This document shows, piece by piece, positions 60,701-64,000 of a DNA stretch of 64,000 bases (its first letter is position 1; each line of letters opens with the position of its first letter). Location of the stretch: IMG/VR virus record IMGVR_UViG_3300025897_000012, positions 1 through 64,000 of that record, one strand, 5' to 3'. The notes beneath the pieces are model-generated. The model did not search any database. It was not told where the DNA came from and worked only from the letters and a program-made list of their open reading frames with translations. The position numbers and the translations under genes were made by a program. Source of the stretch: a virus.

Positions 60701-61347
60701 CTAATAGTAAACGGCAACCCAGGTGTGTTAATATCAAACTTATATGTAACACCCCTAAATAATTTAATAGTAGGATTTTGTGTAAGTCCGTCAGGAGAAA
60801 ATACATATCCAAAATTATCTAAATTATCAGCAATACTTACTGTGTATGTACTAACTACTTCTGTAGTTTGTCCTCTGACATCAATTGTTTGCGGACCACT
60901 TGGAAGCCAATAATATTCTCTAAAATTAATAAACTTATCCCAATTGATATGGGGATTCCAACTATAGTATTCTTGCTTATTAGCTATATTATGATCTTTA
61001 ACTTTATCATTAAAACTAATAAGTTGATTCATATAATCATTATAGTCTTTATAAAATTTTACAGAATCTAAATTATCTTTAATAACAGCTGCAGGTTCAA
61101 ACTGATAATTTTTTCTACTATCAGAAAAATCTCCTATATAATTGTCATCTTTGTCAAATGACGCTGAAGCCTCACGTCCATAATATCCGTTTAGCTTTTC
61201 AAGAACTCCTGGTTGAACTAACTGATCTAAAGTACTAGATAAAAATTTACTATTAGGTACTGTTCTAAAATATTTTGGAAGATGCTGTTCTGTTTTTCTT
61301 TTGCTTGGATTAGCTTTTCCGTCGTTTTGGTTGTTATCGTATGACAT
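45796..61347 (-). CDS. giant (5183 aa) baseplate wedge / virion structural protein
   Basis: Uninterrupted 15.5-kb ORF with FG-GAP-like propeller motifs (KFGASVSLTEDGKYLIVGSP), VxITxxGxGY repeats, CBM-like repeats and GDGST/VYLNG Ig-like repeats; follows the gp6-like gene. Confidence 0.8.
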   Translation of the reverse strand: MSYDNNQNDGKANPSKRKTEQHLPKYFRTVPNSKFLSSTLDQLVQPGVLEKLNGYYGREASASFDKDDNYIGDFSDSRKNYQFEPAAVIKDNLDSVKFYKDYNDYMNQLISFNDKVKDHNIANKQEYYSWNPHINWDKFINFREYYWLPSGPQTIDVRGQTTEVVSTYTVSIADNLDNFGYVFSPDGLTQNPTIKLFRGVTYKFDINTPGLPFTIRTKRSLNEADMLSATNNLIDNQGTEEGVITFTPTDTTPNILYYVADNDIEAAGLIKVANIEESSAIDIDAEVLGKKTYTTGAGFDLSNGMKIKFIGEVTPAKYAEGEYYVEGVGDKIVLINEDELTVPSAFVADVDVDFDKQGFDRQPFDTAIGYPTVRDYMLINRSANDGNLWSRYNRWFHKSVIEQSATLNDQPVSIDESARAKRPIIEFNKGLKLFNFGTQTKANVNLLDTHTKDVFSTIEGSTGYNIDGVDLIDGMRILFTADPDPLVNGRIFQVKFFKFDGPEIEVNQNIKQISLIEVTDSKPITNEVVLVSQGTAYKGLMYYYNGTEWKQAQTKTSVNQAPLFDLFDENNKSFSDITVYNSSTFKGNKIFSYKEGTIGTADSEVGLVLSYRTITNVGDITFKFDLLTEYFEYLIGSQLYYKNTDIGFLQKYSAIASYTNENAWTKAPTDSKQLVSRQYVFDNSTSTFEVDVYENSASLADLNLTVFLNNQLKLKDVDYTLGTSPNNATTVTFLKPAFTSANGLTIGDTVVLKTNSIALKNDNGFYEFPSNLERNPLNNNLNEFTVGEVNNHVSSIVEDLSDFTGKFPGSSNLRDLGDVTRFGNRFVKHSSPLNLAMYSLLDKDSNLISSMRFARREYSKFKRMFLQVAHDLGWEGPTKDHVDKIMADLNKDKINSMPYYFSDMIPQGSFNKTTHKVDDNTQEYFLLSKTFSLSTASRDAVQVYLNGKQLIHNKDYTFNSEGFCRVTATKAKDDLLDIYEYETTNGSYVPPTPTKLGLYPSYQPELYIDNTTQSEAPQSPSGEYKFYGTAGPNQKGAGKLGWFYPLYATQSEAQAKDIELGGSGVSHIHTFVGLNRTFYMPNTGSNHGTTDSERNINEWIEGTPIIQGHDGSKIVAFKDYRDELLLELELRIFNNIKVAYDTDLFDIHDFQGGEFRKTDFNKSEIDSPMLSDFIQWSKLVDKDYTLNDFHNRTNSWTFNYSSAVSPNGVSLPGFWRAAYREAYDTDRPHTHPWEMLGFSIKPDWWEKQYGPAPYTRDNLVLWTDLQNGVVRQPNKKIKILNKYKRPGLLTHLPVNENGQLLSPNDSGYAQSFDSSKLTDSFVFGDEAPVETAWRRSSEYPFSLITAWTLSQPSKVLATGFDRVNQVRNLTKQIVYKTQNNQIKLKDIIFPNTHLDSTQTFTSGLVNYIAGYMASSVVTSYTEYKENIKAITNQIGFKVGGYTDKNKFKLILDSRTPLNEGNVFVPDENYSIFLNKSSPIKTVSYSGLIIERRASGYKIKGYDDTSTTFKYFPHFERDRDPVITIGGTSEPFLEFEGGRTYTVGAIVEHSGKYYRVTKNHLASDTFDESNFASVPKLPVNGGREITLRREFATFAPLELPYGSILPTIQDVCDFIQGYGKYLESIGFVFDNFRTSASVVDDWETSTKEFAFWTLHNWAEGTLISLSPGANQLKFRTTYSVVDNIFDGFFGYTLLKVDGQKLTSDFIQVDRQDPNEFILRPKSSADGIFSIKLPCVQKEHVVLLDNKTVFNDIIYDPEPGYRQERIKVLGYRTTNWDGSLNIEGFVYDQATISDWESNKDYFIGDIVKHKEFFYTANSKIPGTESFITTQWTRLDSKPKSGLTANFEYKTNQFADFYDLDSDNFDSEQQRLAQHLIGYQKRKYLENIINDDVSQYKFYQGFIQDKGTKNALTKLFDVLGNADKDSLEFYEEWAIKRGQYGASAGYDEVEFKLDESKFRLSPQPIELVQSVTGEETDLVYRIPPFETYLKPKNYTHAPFPKKYIASEDGYAKDSGYVNPDDVKFIVEDFNSILNIDFKNCNRGDLIWVGNDKLTWNIYRHDDTDLRVEKVTGGDTEFTVSLNSTPQDINVGDIFGVYDLISTTLDTADSSFATAQTAKAAVGAFFKVKSISLEKITFESSDKVEDIDECIGRLSKLVSVRTDSLINLNTIAQKLANIKSKFWVDKGQDSKWTVYENTQAFTKLQDLSSGQSISNETFAISMSANKSNTVLAVGSPDENDGKVYIYTRGSSNGNFVLSQVIAAPTDTTFTYKRFYTGATYTVGDLVQFNNNFYTVSETHIAGQDFDLAKHTILTTPPNLQKFGASVSLTEDGKYLIVGSPNASNVKTRYKANYDPSIAYVQDDIVTYNNKLWKSTTSIVPQSASIQFTSFGSVVQQIESIGNTTQASEQVDVILTGKYPFTEINVDHVLLKVPKLQYAGLDINDEIKLKWNTKTIANQEQTTYTSKEPFPGGGMSELSSTFFSGTHQVQMKIDLILNINAFTNQPAIGDTVQTQTGSGTVAYSYEVDGSLGLYINSVTGSFDSTDSLFLSNGDFVGEYTTSAPSEALDVSSYYGGYFMITVPGGYNIFTTTSDQGKGLVYQEAITDSSAPSNYYYNSRDYETTTISSQDTLASYLETLTYQGLPGAGGTTTAFLSPYFVLRAPKALTDTLSNGSNFNMFIPSLARYASGTSNDPAVIGLSYAQTNKQLTVHDLWDGYIKFGFTKFNLFGEPFEPRVGDTVRDITTGATAEVTFYQRDALNATIFVKDVVGNFSNGSLFNNNAEIEFLGTPTDPSPIYQVDRVMGEVQAKSLGLASEGIGKLIVVDSGADILLPTTSVMTDTEYWFYEANVVSGVPVVANLPSAGNNDWINVYSIPAVDGATASDYENQGMYSVFGTGTTNRFGLLNSYIVPEAIEDFYLGSEIKSAKKNDLYRLFIHAGESYSRRGDFKRLDKRLDDSTFLPGRTYFIKHGTDADSNVWDWELAKDKNFQGTYSSLVSYQTNDIIYLDRGIYKANTNLSPGIFNGANWTQQTQPIDYLGYVPNNTEILPIFDSADPSTVQDQEGIYNFSKVDVSDDGEVLIGVAKYLTETDNQVVVYRNKNGNYQRVQSILETSFSTATDADDIWSINKTLWGEAIAINNDGTMIAISEPFAETQRSEADPSRIQLDQGRVFVMKKNTTTGLFELSQTLFSRGNEKVELFGTKLSFDNNVLAITAKNGDSDSKTTFDSLNGIPQTTWDNNFTTFAKKFIDTGVVYLYENIDGNLVYGQTIAYNELADSTQAVANTNPNNSIRDFGLNLYTNNSHVYVGLPKHTVFEGENGAVIDFRKDTNKNIWSTYSLPKDTVDVAKIKKVLLYNTKENKLISYIDYLDPIQGKIPGIAEQELSYKLHYDPAVYTVGTSDVNTNKSEVWGQEQVGELWWDLSTAKFLNAYQNNTIFSVNNWNTQFTGNSIDVYEWIETTLLPSEWNATAATTEGVTEGISGTTKYDDTIYSTKRVYDDIAQTFSNKYFYWVKGKITAPNIESRKLSSFNVARYIDDPAGMGYRFINFISPTSFVLHNCESLLKDKEVALSIQYWTIENQDINIHNQYQLYTAGLDTSKPNADIERKWFDSLIGYDDAGRIVPDPNLSAKEKYGILNDPRQSWFVNRTEALKQVIDRVNGVLKENLIVDDKIITPLLSKQEIPPASNNTYDLVVDTFEDLEFVGTAKVKQAVLTPVIIDGKIVRVTITDPGRGYKVIPKVIINGRYETAADITLTINSVGTVTSATVNSQGSGYSSTLTTLSVRPFAVLVKSDSTLSGKWSVYERNINNTLWVRKLSQVFDVSLFWNYIDWYDTGYNEFTDINYLIDSSYQLESLDDSTGDIVKIANVGSGGWLLLEKIDNADSIDYTINYKTVGRQNGTIKFLPSLFNTSVGSGFDSASYDIKVYDVQPVKETRIILEALRDNLFVDELAVEYNNLFLSSLKYVFTEQSLVDWAFKTSFIKARHNVGDLSKKITFQNDNLPSYEEYLKEVKPFKSKLREYISDYNQLNVSANLVTDFDLPPRWDNETKSITPLSVKVIDNAIVGTDADLTTYPNKNWVDNLSYKINRVEIADAGSGYTQPPEINFVGQDLSTSETGTGATAIARLGQGGKIASIEVTNKGTGYLNPPVVEINGSIREGGKPAKLVAILGDGLVRGMHTTVKFDRVIGKFVVTKLSESQTFVGSGSSYVFDLIFPMDLKTNTVEITIAGELSLQSEYTYENIKDTTKGYDRYFGRVTFTKPPASNSSIVIKYKKPIEYLTAADRVNLSYNPIAGQFGNDLSQVMDGIDYGGVEVKSFEFGGNTGWDSAPWYTDTWDTYDTTYEDEVFKLDGSTISITLSKPLENGVVYNLYRNGIRLDDPNWAPEPGYDSALVKNPNAIMQSITGDGTTTVIELQELEVPTQVDDTIIVRKETSDGSFINDPESYDTSIVGGTLAYNSATGLKSEDITVDGDGFVTPTTSKGPEEIVPGQVLDSVDISVFERPVGGSSIVVNRNYNGDGSTKSFDLGKTPFTGSSLFVKVGSDILEPTTDDSTLGYTVNYVNKTVDFEVAPAEGSKINLTLVEVAGLQILDIDSFVSDGSSNSFETNVRWTDNVQGIATCDGKKLESVFVKSTGSHPNNVELVLASPLKAGDVVRFALFIGDGSELDSFSQVVVDEFIATTPQGNDTLVLSQAPFSYGPAGIHTLVQIGDDILHSGFNQQFTVSSARDYKLDLWQIPIALVQSSQIQVYLNGRMLEYATDWTFTSAEAFDSDTPLDQQKGNTVKLSDNIGVAGDTLLVYIITESQYRFGYFEQQGDSSNVFVPTPTICSFEVDRPIGTRMKVYQFSNSTAQKFERESYQVQENTPITKGTPEYYFLNNLRAGLFKLRSPAVDSKYVWVILNNKLLLADVDYSVTTDKNFIKLVSPLNQGDRIEVLHFGNPTVITKFGFRQFKDMLNRTHYKRIDGDKNYILGKDLTPYDKTIELVDASGITDPTAGSEYPGIIFVNGERIEYRIKEGNLLKQLQRGTLGTGVNDLHTSGTEVYDQSINASIPYKDETISTVFTADGTSSTFDLDFTPGTGGVNEFDVFVAGKRLRKNSISSYKFETTINGVKTSSIAQDSPEGDEILPAEFSILGSTLSLLTTPGENQKVIIIRKQGKQWTDPGIALSQADTDIGRFLRATSVDLPR

Positions 61348-63998
61348 TAGTAACCTCCGCTACTACTGGAACCTGAGCTACTTGAACTTGAACTCGAACT
61401 TGAACTTGAACTTGAACTACTACTGCTTGAAGATGTTGACGTTGTGTTTGTCGCAGTGGTGTTTGTTGAAGTTGTTGAACTTTGTATACCAGCAGATATT
61501 CGTGTACTTGCTGTTACAACACCGCCCTCTTGAGTTCGTAATCGTGTTGCTGTAACTGCATCTATAACATTAACGTTATCTACAGTTGCACCACTTATAA
61601 AAATTTCATCGCTTTCTGATTTTATTTCGTATAAGCTACCAAATACTTGCGACGTTTGATTTGGAACAATAATAAATGTAACTAAATCAGGTGTCATTTG
61701 CGACATAACATAATTTGCCATTTCGGAGAAGAAAAATTTATCTCCAAAATCCCAGTTTTCAAGTGCAAAATATTCGTTTATTGCTGAAACAATTCTAGAT
61801 TTAATATCATTGTCGTTTAACACAATATCAGGATTTTTTACTACTTTAAATGTTGCTTGCAAATCTGCGTCTGCCCTTTCTCCAAATAACACTTTGTACT
61901 TAACTGGATGGTAAATTATTTCATCTGATAATGATTTAATTTTAGATAGTTGCGAATTATACGATAATGATAGTGCATCAGAACTTGGTGGTAAAGGTAA
62001 AGTTCCTGCACCATTTAAAAATAACCTAAAATCTGTATCATAGCTTTTAGTTAAGATGTATGTATCAATTAAATTACTTGCACTTGGGTCAATTCTAGAA
62101 CTATCATCTGCTCCGTGAATATAATGGAATGTTAGATCATCTCTACCAACCCTTGCTCTATAATCTGTTGTTTGTTCTAGTACACCTATTGTACTATTAT
62201 ATGTTTTAAAAATATTGTTATTAGTAAAGTAAAATAATTGTCCATTAGTATATGTACTTAATGCTTGTAATGATGCTTCTAAACTTAAAATTATTATTCC
62301 TAATGTTGTTGCAGATACATAATTAAAGTCTTCTACGCCGTCAGTTGTAGTGACCTTTTTTTGAAATATATACTTTGTTAAAGGGTTTGTAGTTTCATCA
62401 ACAATAGTATCAAAGATATCAGGATCGTCTACAACTCCGTCATCATCACTATCAAAGAATGTAATTTCAATTTTTTTACTATCAACATAACCTTCTGCAT
62501 CTCTATATTCTTCAGTTAATTCCCAATCATAGTTAACTGTAAATGGTAATGCACTATCAGGTTTAGTATTAATGTTTAATACACTAATTTTATCTTTAAC
62601 AATTTTACCAGTTAAATTATTATAAATTTTATCTGTTTTATCAAAGTAAAATCTCATTTCTTGATCGCTTTCAAAAATGTATCTCATTCCTCTATGTTTA
62701 ATAGTATATGTTTCACCGTTAGTTTCAAATAATAGCATCCAACTAGCGTCTAATTGTTGGTTTGATATGTCGCCAGTTTTACCTGTGCTAAAATTAGCAC
62801 TAACATTTAAGTTATTTTCTGTAACAATTCTCCAAGATCGTGTATCAGTACTATAACGTAATCCAAATGTTTTGTAAGCAAATACTTGATCAATTAATTG
62901 TGTTGATACGTCTGCTTCTAAAGAGCCTGCTAATCCTGGAACAATTTCAGATAATCTAGCACCTGTTGGAATAATATCATTTAACGAAACTGGGCCTGCT
63001 CCTGTTGTAGCAGTTATAGTACCATCACCGGATACAGCAGCTATCTTAACCCATTTATAATCAACTACACCTTTTTTACCTTGATAACCTGTATTACTTA
63101 CTAAATCAGTATTTAAAAAACTCTGTCCTACTGGTGGTAAAAACTTAACTAACGATCCTGGAACCATTAATTTTAATAAAGATGAAGTAAATGAACCTAG
63201 TTGAGATCTTACATCAGCAGAGTTTTTAAAATATCCTGTACTTAAATTTGTAGTTTTAGTTAATTGTGTCCATGTTATTCCTAAATCAACAGTAGAAATT
63301 TTAGGAAAATTATTGTAGTAATAATTTCTAACTTTTTTATCTCTTAGTATAGGTTGTATTGTGTTAACTATTGCTCCTTCAACGTCTGTCTTTGTAATAA
63401 AAGTAAACGTAGTTTTTGGTTCTAAATTTTCCTTAAATATAATACCGTCTGTACCATATAGATTTGTTTTACTATACTTTCCTGTTGCATCAATTAAATC
63501 AAAATATCTAGATATTCCGCTTGAGGTTCTATTAATTGATTTAACTTTAATAATTTCTTGACTTACTGCTAACGGTGAAATTTGATAATCTTCGCCGGTT
63601 ACCATTCTATTTTGTGTGTAATATGTTGCTGGAGCATTTTGTTTAATACTTGCATTTGACTCACTTTGTGTTGAGTTATCAACTGTGTACTTTAACTCGT
63701 ATGTCATTGTTAGTGTTTCAACTTTATCAGTCTTTGACAAATACGGTATAGCAACAGTTATACCTCTCATATCATCAGGAGTAATGATTACTCTTTCATT
63801 TTTACTTACTCTATAAAATATACGGAAGCTGCCTTTGGGTAAATTTCCAAACACCCCATCGGAAAACATTAAACTAATTCTATCGTCAACCCTAGTTAGA
63901 ACTGAATAGATATTATTAATACTTTTATTTAAATTATTATAAACAACGTTGTTTCCTTCTACAGAATCAACCCTTGTCCACAATTCTTGTTCTGCTCC
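61347..63998 (-). CDS. baseplate wedge subunit (T4 gp6-like), 5'-truncated by window
   Basis: FSDGVFGNLP, ESNASIKQNAP..Y.TQNRMVTGEDY, YFALENWDFG; frame is open to the window edge. Confidence 0.8.
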   Translation of the reverse strand, partial: GAEQELWTRVDSVEGNNVVYNNLNKSINNIYSVLTRVDDRISLMFSDGVFGNLPKGSFRIFYRVSKNERVIITPDDMRGITVAIPYLSKTDKVETLTMTYELKYTVDNSTQSESNASIKQNAPATYYTQNRMVTGEDYQISPLAVSQEIIKVKSINRTSSGISRYFDLIDATGKYSKTNLYGTDGIIFKENLEPKTTFTFITKTDVEGAIVNTIQPILRDKKVRNYYYNNFPKISTVDLGITWTQLTKTTNLSTGYFKNSADVRSQLGSFTSSLLKLMVPGSLVKFLPPVGQSFLNTDLVSNTGYQGKKGVVDYKWVKIAAVSGDGTITATTGAGPVSLNDIIPTGARLSEIVPGLAGSLEADVSTQLIDQVFAYKTFGLRYSTDTRSWRIVTENNLNVSANFSTGKTGDISNQQLDASWMLLFETNGETYTIKHRGMRYIFESDQEMRFYFDKTDKIYNNLTGKIVKDKISVLNINTKPDSALPFTVNYDWELTEEYRDAEGYVDSKKIEITFFDSDDDGVVDDPDIFDTIVDETTNPLTKYIFQKKVTTTDGVEDFNYVSATTLGIIILSLEASLQALSTYTNGQLFYFTNNNIFKTYNSTIGVLEQTTDYRARVGRDDLTFHYIHGADDSSRIDPSASNLIDTYILTKSYDTDFRLFLNGAGTLPLPPSSDALSLSYNSQLSKIKSLSDEIIYHPVKYKVLFGERADADLQATFKVVKNPDIVLNDNDIKSRIVSAINEYFALENWDFGDKFFFSEMANYVMSQMTPDLVTFIIVPNQTSQVFGSLYEIKSESDEIFISGATVDNVNVIDAVTATRLRTQEGGVVTASTRISAGIQSSTTSTNTTATNTTSTSSSSSSSSSSSSSSSSSSSSGSSSSGGY
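61360..61430. repeat. low-complexity (GAACTT)n tract encoding a poly-Ser tail
   Basis: CTTGAACTTGAACTCGAACTTGAACTTGAACTTGAACT; the protein ends in a Ser run then GSSSSGGY. Confidence 0.9.
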
Positions 63999-64000
63999 AA

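Noticed and set aside
275-63561. Numerous 60-127 aa antisense or nested ORFs in the track
   Set aside because: All lie within well-supported genes, mostly on the opposite strand, with no recognisable RBS or motifs.
1-64000. Alternative genetic code, tRNA genes, CRISPR array, introns or inteins
   Set aside because: TAA, TAG and TGA all end genes with near-complete coding density. The short intergenic gaps show no cloverleaf or spaced repeats. No splicing motifs were recognised by eye.

Overview
AT-rich, densely coded segment of a large T4-superfamily-like (jumbo) myophage genome, probably marine; this is inferred from gene content only. Left arm (+ strand, 1-12.6 kb): 3' end of folE, queE, T4-type RNase H/5'-3' exonuclease, a 2OG-Fe(II)-type oxygenase, a SET-domain protein, an SDR-like protein, a MoxR-type AAA+ ATPase with a HEXXH/VWA partner, hypotheticals, an internally deleted oxygenase pseudogene and an isolated tail-fibre-like gene. 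Centre (12.6-25.3 kb): an accessory enzyme island around a divergent promoter region. It holds a tripartite tricarboxylate transporter pair (TctA+TctC, no obvious TctB), three sulfotransferase-fold proteins, three Asp/Asn-hydroxylase-like oxygenases, three SAM methyltransferases (one with an ACP-like N-terminus), a truncated adenylate-forming enzyme, a GNAT and an SGNH-like protein. Right arm (- strand, 25.3-64 kb): a 12-kb operon of four glycosyltransferase-like and four radical-SAM genes arranged as paralog pairs, directly downstream of tail-fibre/baseplate genes that include a 5183-aa protein and a gp6-like wedge. Host sigma70-type promoters (two apparently leaderless) and repeated TAAATA late-promoter-like motifs are visible. 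No tRNA, rRNA, CRISPR array or mobile element was recognised. The best candidates for an undescribed system are the transporter plus tailoring-enzyme island and the glycosyltransferase/radical-SAM operon beside the tail genes.
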